From positions 160,001 through 224,000 of the forward strand of contig JBCBZJ010000004.1 in the NCBI GenBank assembly GCA_039815375.1: DNA of 64,000 bases. Direction: 5' to 3'. The notes beneath the pieces were generated by a model. It did not search any database. It was not told the origin of the DNA and saw only the letters and a program-made list of their open reading frames with translations. The position numbers and the translations under genes are program-made. Positions 1 through 8,632 of the stretch are shown piece by piece. This DNA comes from Verrucomicrobiota bacterium (lineage in GTDB: Bacteria > Verrucomicrobiota > Verrucomicrobiia > Opitutales > Coraliomargaritaceae). Every line of letters begins with the position of its first letter. Within the stretch, counting starts at the first letter, position 1.

Positions 1-403
1 GCTTACTGCCTTCTACTTTAGGCAGGGTTACGGTAAGCAGCCCGTCTTTTAGTTCCGCGCTGACCTTGGCGCTGTTCACATCATCAGGCACTGAAATCGA
101 GCGCCTGAAGCTGGAACAGGTCTCCAATACTTCGGATTTTTCGTTCTTCACACTGCTGATTGCCAGGACTGCGTTCTCCAACTCGAGCTCGAGCTCATCC
201 TTCTTAAAGCCCGGCAGCTCAAGGCGAGCGTAGTAATTGTGCTCGTCCTCATAGAGGTCGGCAGCAGCCTGAACGTAAGCGGGCGGATTCGAGAACAGAT
301 CGTCGAAGATCGAACCAAAGCGGCCGAATGCAGGGCTGCCAAAGTCAAATAAACGATCAAGGGCAGTTGAAGCCTGTGGGTATTGATAACGTATGAGTTT
401 CAT
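1..403 (-). CDS. Small heat-shock protein, Hsp20/alpha-crystallin family (3' end runs off the window)
   Basis: Not in the ORF track. Manual translation from ATG at 403: MKLIRYQYP...DLYEDEHNYYARLELPGFKKDELELELENAVLAIS...FRRSISVPDDVNSAKVSAELKDGLLTVTLPK, an alpha-crystallin signature. AGAAAGG RBS upstream. Confidence 0.93.
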   Translation of the reverse strand, partial: MKLIRYQYPQASTALDRLFDFGSPAFGRFGSIFDDLFSNPPAYVQAAADLYEDEHNYYARLELPGFKKDELELELENAVLAISSVKNEKSEVLETCSSFRRSISVPDDVNSAKVSAELKDGLLTVTLPKVEGSK

Positions 404-442
404 GATGTTTCCTTTCTTTTATGGTTGTTTACCACCTCGGAA

Positions 443-458
443 TGCAGCCTTAGTGCCA
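443..458 (-). promoter_or_regulatory. Sigma-54 (-24/-12) promoter upstream of hsp20
   Basis: Minus strand TGGCACTAAGGCTGCA: GG-N10-GC spacing with a TGGCAC -24 element, about 40 nt upstream of the ATG. Confidence 0.7.
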
Positions 459-522
459 GAATCCAGAAGAACCTTATCCTATTGACGCACAGTGCTATAG
501 GAAATTAGGCTAAGCTACATAA

Positions 523-588
523 TGAGACATTTAGGCGCAGTTTATGCGCCACAACAACACAGGCGCATCAAAGCGTCACAATGTCTCA
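523..588. promoter_or_regulatory. Inverted pair of 17-bp candidate enhancer (bEBP UAS) sites
   Basis: TGAGACATTTAGGCGCA (523-539) and the reverse complement of 572-588 (TGAGACATTGTGACGCT), with TGCGCC/GGCGCA half-sites between them; at enhancer distance from the sigma-54 promoter. Confidence 0.5.
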
Positions 589-589
589 A

Positions 590-1543
590 CTAAGCAAACT
601 GCTCGAGGATGTATTCCTTCGAGGCAACTACTTCTTGCGATGTAAGCGAAGGACTAAGCTCAAGAACGAGGGTATGCTCCGGCCTCACATGCCGGGCAAT
701 CATCTTGAAATCGATTGTGCCGGTCCCGGGCACCCGATGGTCTTTTCCGGACTCACTCACATCATGAAGGTGGAAGCCGACCAGGCGTGGCGCCATCTTC
801 TCAAGATGCTCCGTGTGATCAAGCAACCCATACTGGTGTTTGATCTGGGCATGCCCGGTATCATGCCAATAACCAATCGGCGCGTCTTCGTCATACTCCC
901 CAAGGAAATCTGAAAACCCGCCATCAAGTGGCAGCTCTTCAAAACCCTCTCGATTCTCAATTCCAAGAACCAGACCGCGTTCACGCACCTCTGGAAGCAG
1001 GCTCTTGTAATTTTCATGAACACGCTTGAGCCAAGGAGCTGCTGAAGCAGAGACACGTTTGATACCTCGGTCGCAGCGCTTGCGGAAGGTTTTGCTATCA
1101 GCAAACTCATCCGCCTTCAGTCCAGACTTTTCGATCCATCGATCCAAGCGTGCCTCCGGCGACCAGAAGAAAAAGTGCACGCTCCCCGAGTGCATCACCA
1201 CCCGACTGGCCCCAACCTTGGACGCGAAGTCCAGAGTCTGCATTGAGTAGCGGTGCCAGAGGTTAAGCTCACGGGAATCCACCGAAGATGGCTCGTAAAG
1301 ATTCGGAGCTGCATGCTGAACGCTATTCGGCAGCGGACAGAAGTTGTGAACAGAGGAAATCTCAACAATACCCTCCTCGACCGCCTTCAGAATACCAGGC
1401 ACCAACGAAATACGGATACCGTGACTCAGCTCAATGCGCTTGAAACCAAGCGCAAGTATCTCCTCAACCATTTCATAACCGTCCTTATGCCGAGAGGAGC
1501 ACCAGCAGGAGGAGAGTGAAAGGCGATCAGTCAGGTCAGGCAT
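590..1543 (-). CDS. Sugar-phosphate isomerase/epimerase family (AP endonuclease-2 TIM barrel)
   Basis: IELSH, SVHNFCP, VVMHSG, GIENRE, YWHDTGHAQ, FHLHDV, PGTGTIDF, VLELSP metal-binding pattern. Start set at MPDL (1543), downstream of the rpsU terminator. Confidence 0.82.
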   Translation of the reverse strand: MPDLTDRLSLSSCWCSSRHKDGYEMVEEILALGFKRIELSHGIRISLVPGILKAVEEGIVEISSVHNFCPLPNSVQHAAPNLYEPSSVDSRELNLWHRYSMQTLDFASKVGASRVVMHSGSVHFFFWSPEARLDRWIEKSGLKADEFADSKTFRKRCDRGIKRVSASAAPWLKRVHENYKSLLPEVRERGLVLGIENREGFEELPLDGGFSDFLGEYDEDAPIGYWHDTGHAQIKHQYGLLDHTEHLEKMAPRLVGFHLHDVSESGKDHRVPGTGTIDFKMIARHVRPEHTLVLELSPSLTSQEVVASKEYILEQFA

Positions 1544-1546
1544 ATG

Positions 1547-1583
1547 AAACAAAAATCCCGGCTCAGACAAATACGGGCCGGGA
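1547..1583 (-). terminator. Rho-independent terminator after rpsU
   Basis: Minus strand TCCCGGCCC-loop-GAGCCGGGA followed by TTTTTGTTT. Confidence 0.6.
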
Positions 1584-1629
1584 CTCTGGGAGAAGTAGGT
1601 GCCAAAGCACCACTCAAATCAACTCAACA

Positions 1630-1830
1630 CTACATGTTCGAATAACGAACGCGAAGCATATTGTTAAAATCAAGCTCCTTCTTCTTGCGGCGCTTGGCCT
1701 GCGAAGGCTTTTCGAAATAGCGCTTGGCACGCACATCACGAATCACTCCTTCACGGTCGAGGCGCTTCTTAAGGCGGCGGAGCGCACGTTCCATGGGCTC
1801 GCCTTTGCGGACTTTAACATCAAGTGACAT
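1630..1830 (-). CDS. rpsU: 30S ribosomal protein bS21
   Basis: VKVRKGEPMERALRRLKK...RYFEKPS, typical S21. Confidence 0.96.
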   Translation of the reverse strand: MSLDVKVRKGEPMERALRRLKKRLDREGVIRDVRAKRYFEKPSQAKRRKKKELDFNNMLRVRYSNM

Positions 1831-1923
1831 AAGAAAAGATAAGTTCTAAAGTTAAAAAAGAGTTGGGAAAATGCCGCCTGTCATCGTGCCGTCAACCCTT
1901 ATTTGAAGGCAAAATCACTGCTA

Positions 1924-2622
1924 TCAATCGTAATCCCGGGCGCCGTAGAGCGCCGTCCCGACTCGAATTTGAGTCGAACCTGCGGCGATCGCAATTTCGA
2001 GATCACCAGTCATCCCCATCGAGAGCTCGGACAATGGAACGCCAAACTTTGCGGCAAGGCGGTCACGCAAATCCCGCAAACTCTCGAAAGCCGCCTTGGC
2101 CACATCCGGATCATCATCGAGGGGGGCAATCGTCATTAGCCCATCGAGCCGTAGGTGCGATGCCTGAAGGGCATTCTCCACCGCTACGTCCATCGCATCT
2201 ACAGGAAAGCCATATTTATTCGGATCCTTGCCGGTATTACACTGGATCAGAATAGGCAGAACCTTGTCGGCTTCCTCGGAGAAGCGTTGCAGCCGGTTCA
2301 GGATTTTGGCCGAATCGACCGATTGAATACGGTCGAAGTTATCCACTGCGAGCTTGGCTTTATTCGACTGCAAATGCCCGATTAGCTCCCAACGCACGCC
2401 ATCGGCGTATGAGCAGCGCTTATCAGCAGCTTCCTGCACCCGATTTTCGCCTACCGCAGGCAATCCGGAACGGACTGCATATTCAACTGCATCAACGGGG
2501 TGGTTCTTCGTCACTGGAAGCAGGGAAATCTCATCCAAATCGCGTGAAGACTGGTGACTGGCCGCTCTGATCCTGGCCATCACCTTGGTAAGATTTTCTG
2601 AAAACTGGTCGTATGAAATCAT
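1924..2622 (-). CDS. yggS: PLP homeostasis protein, YggS family
   Basis: VTKNH (PLP lysine), GENRVQE, IGHLQSNK, GLMTIAP, LSMGMTGD, RVGTALYG. Confidence 0.95.
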   Translation of the reverse strand: MISYDQFSENLTKVMARIRAASHQSSRDLDEISLLPVTKNHPVDAVEYAVRSGLPAVGENRVQEAADKRCSYADGVRWELIGHLQSNKAKLAVDNFDRIQSVDSAKILNRLQRFSEEADKVLPILIQCNTGKDPNKYGFPVDAMDVAVENALQASHLRLDGLMTIAPLDDDPDVAKAAFESLRDLRDRLAAKFGVPLSELSMGMTGDLEIAIAAGSTQIRVGTALYGARDYD

Positions 2623-2659
2623 CCTTATTAAGCAAAACTGTTAGGTTCTAAAACAAATG

Positions 2660-2706
2660 ATAAGATTTACTTTTAAATATATTGCAATCCGATTAGCTTT
2701 GGTTAT
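2660..2706. promoter_or_regulatory. Candidate LysR-type operator sites in the divergent yggS/LysR promoter
   Basis: ATTAGCTTTGGTTAT (2692-2706, T-N11-A/TNA-N7-TNA) and the related ATAAGATTTACTTTT (2660-2674). Confidence 0.4.
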
Positions 2707-2717
2707 ACAAATGTCTC

Positions 2718-3620
2718 ATGCACGTCGAAAACTTCAAAATCTTTTCCGATCTCGTCGAGAGCGAAAGCTTTTCCCGCGCCGCTAAATTAAATGGAATCAC
2801 CCAGTCTGCAGTCAGCCAGCAGCTAAGGGCAATGGAGAAGCATTTCAACATTCTCATCGTTGATCGCAGCCAGAAGCAATTTCGCCTCACGCGCGAGGGT
2901 CAAAAGCTCTACGAATCTGCCAAAGAGATGCTTTATCTTTACGACAAGCTCAACAGCGAGCTACAGGAAATGAAAAAGGTCATCAGCGGCACGATCCACA
3001 TTTCCACCGTTTACAGTATCGGCCTGCACGAGCTTCCTCCATACGTGAAAGCATTCCTTACGAAATACCCCGAGGTAAACATCCGGGTGGAGTATCGCCG
3101 GGCCAACAATGTCTATGAAGACATCCTGACAAATTCGATCGACCTCGGACTCGTCGCTTACCCACAAAAGCACAAACAGCTCGAAGTTCTACCCTTCCAC
3201 GACGATATCCTAATCCTCGTCGTCAGCCCGGATCACCCTCTGGCAAAGAAAAAGACCGTTGAGCTGGACGAGATCGCGGGTCAGAAATTTGTTGGTTTTG
3301 AGCCGGACATCCCCACTCGAAAAGCGACCGACGCGCTATTTCGCGAAGCCAATTTCGACATCGAGCCAGTCATGGAATTCGACAATGTTGAAACGGTCAA
3401 ACGCGCCGTCGAAATCAATGCCGGTATCGCAATTTTGCCTCAGACCACAGTTACTCGCGAAGAAGCGCAGGGATTGCTAAAGGTCCTGAAGTTTAAGAAC
3501 AAGGTCTACAAGCGACCACTTGCTCTGATTCACCGAAAGGGCCGCGTCTTAACACCGGCTATGAAAAAGCTGATCGACCTGCTGACTTCGAAGGACCTCA
3601 ACGCCTTCGAGGGTCAGTAG
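2718..3620 (+). CDS. LysR family transcriptional regulator
   Basis: N-terminal HTH SFSRAAKLNGITQSAVSQQLRAME plus substrate-binding domain; 300 aa. Confidence 0.95.
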   Translation: MHVENFKIFSDLVESESFSRAAKLNGITQSAVSQQLRAMEKHFNILIVDRSQKQFRLTREGQKLYESAKEMLYLYDKLNSELQEMKKVISGTIHISTVYSIGLHELPPYVKAFLTKYPEVNIRVEYRRANNVYEDILTNSIDLGLVAYPQKHKQLEVLPFHDDILILVVSPDHPLAKKKTVELDEIAGQKFVGFEPDIPTRKATDALFREANFDIEPVMEFDNVETVKRAVEINAGIAILPQTTVTREEAQGLLKVLKFKNKVYKRPLALIHRKGRVLTPAMKKLIDLLTSKDLNAFEGQ

Positions 3621-3623
3621 TAA

Positions 3624-3747
3624 AGAGAGCTGGCCGTCTAACCGCTGGTGGATCTACAGATTCACTACCCTGACCGAATCAATAGGACCCGCAAGCGCTT
3701 CGGCGGCAGCCGGGCTTCTCTCAGGCGGTCGGCAGCGACGGATCCGC
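3624..3747. other. Structured intergenic element (candidate small RNA or repeat unit)
   Basis: Closing stem 3624-3638/3705-3721, internal hairpin GGTGGATC/GATTCACT, second hairpin 3725-3747; no RNA family recognised. Confidence 0.3.
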
Positions 3748-3831
3748 TCAATTGATCGAAGCATTTTTCCATTGCTACGCTTGCAGTGCAGCAAGCGGAA
3801 CATTTACTCCGCCCTTACTGACAATTTCTTC

Positions 3832-6800
3832 ATGCAATCGATACGACTTTTTCTTTGCCTCATAATCGTCCCCATCGCAGCTCTAGCGAAAGACACCCAC
3901 GAAGCAATTCAGCACATCCAGACGCTGGGTGGAATCGAAGAATATGAGCTTAAATCAAATGGCCTGCGGGTTCTGCTCATGCCTAACGAAGGGCTACCCG
4001 TTGCGACTGTGATGGTGACTTACAAAGTTGGCTCGCGTAACGAGGTCCCCGGCACAACCGGTGCCACTCACATACTCGAGCACATGATGTTCAAAGGCAC
4101 CCCGAGCTACAACCAGGCTGATAGCACAGACTACTCCAGCACAATGGAGCGCATCGGCGCTCGCTCCAATGCCACCACCTGGTTCGACCGGACGAACTAC
4201 TATGCGACCATGCCCAGTGAGCACGTGCCCTTGACGATCGCACTGGAAGCCGACCGCATGCGCAACCTTCTCATTAATGAAGACGCCCTTGCCTCAGAAA
4301 TGACCGTCGTGCGAAACGAATACGAACGTGGCGAGAACAGTCCGGTGCGCACCCTCATCAAAGAGCTCTTCGCCTCCGCTTTCGTCGCTCATACTTACAG
4401 TCACCCGACAATCGGCTGGCGCTCTGATATAGAAAACACAACGACGGATAAACTTCGCGCCTTCTACGACACCTACTACTGGCCCGAGAATGCCGTGCTT
4501 ACCATCATCGGCGGCTTCGACCGCGAGGCCACGCTTGATGCCCTCGTCGAGCACTACGGCCCGATCGAGAGAGCTCCGCAAGCCATCCCTCAAGTCGAGA
4601 CTGTCGAGCCCGAACAAATCGGCCCGCGTCGCGTCACGATTGAGCGCGCCGGACAAGTCGGCGTGGTCATGACCGGTTACAAAGTGCCGGAAGCGACTCA
4701 TGAAGACTGGCCTGCACTGATTCTTATCGACCAAATCGTCGGAGCTGACAAAACTGGACGGCTCTACCGCGCACTGGAAGACAAGGGCAAGGCCAACGCC
4801 ACCTTTACCTTTGCCCCCGAACTGCACGATCCGGGCCTCTTTATTTTCGGCGCCTACCTCACACCCGACGCGACCCATGAAGAGGTTGAAGCCATTCTCA
4901 TCAGCGAAATCGAGACCCTCATCGGTGGCGGCGTAACCGACGACGAACTGCGCCGTGCAAAGTCCGTTATCGGTGCCAACACCATCTACGGCCGGGATGG
5001 GCCCTTCGCGATTGCCAGTCAGATCAATGAAGCCATCGCAATGGGCGACTGGACCAGCTATATTAACCGACTCCCCGAAATCGAAGCCGTCACTGCAGAA
5101 CAAGTCCAGGAAGTGGCCACCCGTTACTTCCTCAAGAACAAGAGCACAACCGGCTGGTTTGTTCCCCAACTGAAAAACACGCTCGCGCTCCGAAGCAGTG
5201 CCCCATTCGGGCCGAACTACTATCGTGATCCGGCCATCTACGGGCCCCAGCGCAACGAGCCCAAGGGAGACGACGAGGGCGTGCCCGCACTAGTTGATTT
5301 CGCTTCTAAAATGAAGCTGGAGACCGTTGCCGGCATCAACCTGATCACGATCGACATGCCGATCGAAGGAGTCGTCTCCTTTGTTGGCAGCTTCGCTGCG
5401 GGTGACACCCTGAGCCCGACAGACGCCCCCATGCTTGCCGGGCTCACCGCCGCCATGCTGGATAAGGGCACTGTCCAGAAAGACCGCTTTCAGCTCGCTG
5501 AAATCCTCGATACACTCGGAGCTGACATCGGTTTTAGCGCCGGTTCACACAGTCTCTCTTTCAGCGGCAAATTTCTTCGCCCTGATGCCGGCGCCGTTCT
5601 CGAGTTGCTGGCCGAGCAGCTCCGCGAACCAGCCTTCGACGAGCAGGTCTTCGAGACCGTTCGCAGCCGTCAGAAAGCCAACCTTCTTCAAGCCGTTGAT
5701 AATCCCGATTACCGTGCCGGCAGTCAGCTCGCCCGACTACTCTATCCGAAAGGACATCCCAACTACAGCGCTCCCCTGGAAAAACTGCTCGAAGATCTCG
5801 AGCTGACTAGCATCGAGGCCATTCGCGACTTTCACAGCAAACACTACGGCCCTGAATCCATGCTCCTTGTCTTCGCGGGCGACATCGATTTTGAGCAGCT
5901 TAAGGCCGCCGTTGCCAATGCCTTCGAAGGCTGGGCTGGTGGTGTGCCTTACCCGACTAAACATCCCGGTCAGATTACAAACGAGTCCAGCGAGGAACGC
6001 ATCCATATCGCCGACAAGACCAGCGTTGCCGTCCGCTACGGATTCAACACCGGCCTGCAACGCACCCAACCCGACTATCTTCCATTTATGCTCGGCAACT
6101 ACATTCTCGGCGGCAGCTTCCACTCCCGACTCATGACCGAAGTGAGAAAAAACAAAGGCCTTACCTACGACATACGCTCCTCCCACAGCGGCGACATTCT
6201 AACCCCCGGAAACTGGGGCCTTAGCGCCAGCTTCTCCCCCAGCCTGCTGAGCGACGGCCTTGAAGCCACCCAAGCAGTGGTCGGCAAGTGGTTTAACGAA
6301 GGCGTCCGCGGCGAGGAAGTCCGTGCTGCGATTGAAACTCTCAGCGGTTCCTACCTTGTAGGTCTCTCTACCACCGGAAGCGTCGCCGGCCAAGTCCACA
6401 GCTTCGTGCAGCGCGGCTTCGACGCCACTTACATCGACGAATATCCCCTCAAACTTCGCAGCCTGACAAAAGCAAAAGTCAATCGCGCCATTCAGGAACA
6501 CATCGATCCGGCAACCGCGCGCCTGGTCATCGCCGGTTCTCTTGGCCCCGCCAATGCCGCACCCGAGATCACCCCGCAAACACAGAGTGTTACCGTGCGC
6601 ATCGATGCGCCTAATGCCGGATGGAAGATCACGATCGATAAAATCTATCGCAGCACCGAAAGCATCATCGCCATTTCGCAGCTCACCCCCGCCGATGGGC
6701 CTGCCGCGCAAGTCATCACCACCGTCAGCGACAGCGCCAGCATCCCCGCAGATATCGACTTACCTGTACGTCACTACATACTTGGCAAAGCTTGGAATTG

Positions 6801-6888
6801 GGGCGATACCGGCGAATATAACTTCATCGAATCCATCGAAGACCTGGGAACCGCCCTCGACGGCACCGAACTTCTCTATTCGAGATAA
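3832..6888 (+). CDS. M16 family (pitrilysin/PqqL-like) zinc peptidase with signal peptide and extra C-terminal domain
   Basis: HILEH (HxxEH) zinc motif, NATTWFDRTNYY, duplicated M16 halves, RLMTEVRKNKGLTY. Start at MQSIRLFLCL. Confidence 0.92.
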   Translation: MQSIRLFLCLIIVPIAALAKDTHEAIQHIQTLGGIEEYELKSNGLRVLLMPNEGLPVATVMVTYKVGSRNEVPGTTGATHILEHMMFKGTPSYNQADSTDYSSTMERIGARSNATTWFDRTNYYATMPSEHVPLTIALEADRMRNLLINEDALASEMTVVRNEYERGENSPVRTLIKELFASAFVAHTYSHPTIGWRSDIENTTTDKLRAFYDTYYWPENAVLTIIGGFDREATLDALVEHYGPIERAPQAIPQVETVEPEQIGPRRVTIERAGQVGVVMTGYKVPEATHEDWPALILIDQIVGADKTGRLYRALEDKGKANATFTFAPELHDPGLFIFGAYLTPDATHEEVEAILISEIETLIGGGVTDDELRRAKSVIGANTIYGRDGPFAIASQINEAIAMGDWTSYINRLPEIEAVTAEQVQEVATRYFLKNKSTTGWFVPQLKNTLALRSSAPFGPNYYRDPAIYGPQRNEPKGDDEGVPALVDFASKMKLETVAGINLITIDMPIEGVVSFVGSFAAGDTLSPTDAPMLAGLTAAMLDKGTVQKDRFQLAEILDTLGADIGFSAGSHSLSFSGKFLRPDAGAVLELLAEQLREPAFDEQVFETVRSRQKANLLQAVDNPDYRAGSQLARLLYPKGHPNYSAPLEKLLEDLELTSIEAIRDFHSKHYGPESMLLVFAGDIDFEQLKAAVANAFEGWAGGVPYPTKHPGQITNESSEERIHIADKTSVAVRYGFNTGLQRTQPDYLPFMLGNYILGGSFHSRLMTEVRKNKGLTYDIRSSHSGDILTPGNWGLSASFSPSLLSDGLEATQAVVGKWFNEGVRGEEVRAAIETLSGSYLVGLSTTGSVAGQVHSFVQRGFDATYIDEYPLKLRSLTKAKVNRAIQEHIDPATARLVIAGSLGPANAAPEITPQTQSVTVRIDAPNAGWKITIDKIYRSTESIIAISQLTPADGPAAQVITTVSDSASIPADIDLPVRHYILGKAWNWGDTGEYNFIESIEDLGTALDGTELLYSR

Positions 6889-6987
6889 CCACACACAACC
6901 TTTTAACTTCACTGCTCCGAGCATGTCTGCAATAAGCCAGCAGAACAATCGAAGGGGCACTTCTTGCTATCTTCTAACTTTCCTTCA

Positions 6988-7437
6988 ATGCCTAAGATCG
7001 ACGTCGAAACCCTAAAATTCATCCTTCAGCGCAACGAGCCTGACATCCGCAAAGTCACCGAAATCATGCAAGAGGTCGAAATGGAGCTCAAAGCCGAAGA
7101 AGAAGAACGTGCTAACCGTCCGCCCCCGGTTAAGAAACAATTTTCCATTGTCCTTGCCGACAACGAAGGCGTGCTTGAAGACAAGGACCTTACCGGATGG
7201 GTCGTCCAGATCCCCGAGGACGACAGCGTGACCGTAGCACCGGAGCGCATCATCCGCGCCGCCTATGAATACAACACCACACCCAAAGGCCGCCGCATGC
7301 CCGTGCAGACCATTGGCGAGGCCTGCGAAGCCGTGACCGCCAAACTTTTCAAAGAGCAAAATGTCTGGGTAAAGACCAAAGTCCCCGTTCTCGCAGTAGC
7401 GACCCACAACCAGATTCCCACCGAGACTGTCGAATAG
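6988..7437 (+). CDS. Hypothetical protein
   Basis: Host-like codon usage from MPKIDVETLK; no recognised domain. Confidence 0.75.
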   Translation: MPKIDVETLKFILQRNEPDIRKVTEIMQEVEMELKAEEEERANRPPPVKKQFSIVLADNEGVLEDKDLTGWVVQIPEDDSVTVAPERIIRAAYEYNTTPKGRRMPVQTIGEACEAVTAKLFKEQNVWVKTKVPVLAVATHNQIPTETVE

Positions 7438-7445
7438 CCCTCTCT

Positions 7446-7529
7446 GTGGTGCGCGAGCTTGTCTCGCGAATCTCTCTGCTGTAAGCCTCGGCAAGTTAAC
7501 AAAGAGCGCTCAAAAAGCGAGCACGCTAC
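7446..7529. repeat. Inverted REP-like doublet (REPIN-like)
   Basis: GTGGTGCGCGAGCTTGTCTCGCG (7446-7468) and the reverse complement of 7506-7529 (GTAGCGTGCTCGCTTTTTGAGCGC); each is a GTRG foot plus hairpin. Confidence 0.45.
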
Positions 7530-7616
7530 GATGTGATCTGTTTATTGCCTTTGCCACCTCCCACGTGTCAACTTAGGCAGCAAGAAACGGGTGGCAGGCT
7601 GGTGTATGATTCTCGC

Positions 7617-8447
7617 ATGACTGATTATGAACGAATCGAAAGGGTGATCTGCCACGCCACAGAGCACTACCGGGAACAACCGAACCTGGAAGAACTTGCC
7701 GACGTTTCAGGACTGAGTGTTTCGAGGTTTCACCGGCTTTTCAATTCATGGGCTGGTGTGACTCCAAAACAATTTCTCAAGTTCTTAACCGCGGAAGACG
7801 CGAGAATCCGGCTGCGGACCTCGGCAAGTGTTCTGGATACTGCTCTCGATGTTGGCCTCTCAGGCCCAGGGCGCTTGCACGATCTTTTTGTCACGGTTGA
7901 TGGAGCGACTCCGGGCGAGCTCAAGAGTGGCGGCGCAAACTTGAGAATCGAATGGGGCTTTGCTGATACCTCCTTTGGCCAGTGCAGTTTAGGATGGACT
8001 CAGCGGGGAGTTTGTCACCTCGCGTTTTGGAATACCGGAGTGGTGGACTCAACGCCTCCCAATCTACTCAAGGATTGGCCTCATGCAGAAATCCGCCGGA
8101 GCGATGATCAGGCCGCGACTTTGTGCAAACGTATTTTCGTCGAACCGGGGATGCCGAATGAGCCACTGCAATTATGGGTTCGAGGCACGGCGTTTCAATT
8201 GAAGGTTTGGCAAGCGCTTCTTCGTATTCCGGAGGGGCGGCTCTGCTCCTACGGGCAAATTGCCAAAGCTATCGGTCATCCACGTGCCTCACGTGCAGTG
8301 GGAACCGCATGTGGCTCGAATCCTGTTGGCTATCTCATTCCATGCCATCGCGTTATCCGGGAGACGGGAATTGTGGATGGCTACCGATGGGGTAGTCCGC
8401 GCAAAAAAGCGATACTGGCGAAAGAGGCTGCGCTTTGTGCCAGATAA
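7617..8447 (+). CDS. AraC-HTH / methylated-DNA-protein-cysteine methyltransferase fusion (Ada-like, no N-terminal Zn domain)
   Basis: LEELADVSGLSVSRFHRLFNSWAGVTPKQF HTH; GTAFQLKVWQAL, RAVGTA, IPCHRV active site. Confidence 0.92.
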   Translation: MTDYERIERVICHATEHYREQPNLEELADVSGLSVSRFHRLFNSWAGVTPKQFLKFLTAEDARIRLRTSASVLDTALDVGLSGPGRLHDLFVTVDGATPGELKSGGANLRIEWGFADTSFGQCSLGWTQRGVCHLAFWNTGVVDSTPPNLLKDWPHAEIRRSDDQAATLCKRIFVEPGMPNEPLQLWVRGTAFQLKVWQALLRIPEGRLCSYGQIAKAIGHPRASRAVGTACGSNPVGYLIPCHRVIRETGIVDGYRWGSPRKKAILAKEAALCAR

Positions 8448-8556
8448 GGGCAATGACATCGGATCAGATACTTCGGTAATGGATCCAGATCCGTGCGCCT
8501 TTACAATACCCGCTCAAATGCCGAGGAAGCCGGGAGGCTCAACCCTGATGTTGACC
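8439..8556 (+). mobile_element. Degenerate attC-like recombination site
   Basis: Overlaps the stop codon of the upstream gene; left AGGG..TGA pairs with right TCAACCCT; ends in GTTGACC (8550-8556). Left core is degenerate. Confidence 0.4.
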
Positions 8557-8632
8557 GCTGACAGGCTAAATGTATTCTTTTTTGTTCAGGATTTTTTAGC
8601 GGTATCAGCTAATCATTACCCTAGATAAAGAA

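Noticed and set aside
148..360. 70-aa minus-strand ORF in the track
   Set aside because: Out-of-frame shadow of the real hsp20 gene (1-403)
445..500. Possible CIRCE element upstream of hsp20
   Set aside because: Only half-site-like words in the same orientation; no TTAGCACTC-N9-GAGTGCTAA inverted pair
3624..3747. Glycine/TPP riboswitch or SRP RNA
   Set aside because: Isolated words (CTCTCAGG, CTGAGA, GGTCAGG) occur, but the remaining conserved cores and their order are missing
4294..5169. 291-aa antisense ORF
   Set aside because: Antisense shadow of the M16 peptidase caused by codon bias; no recognisable motifs
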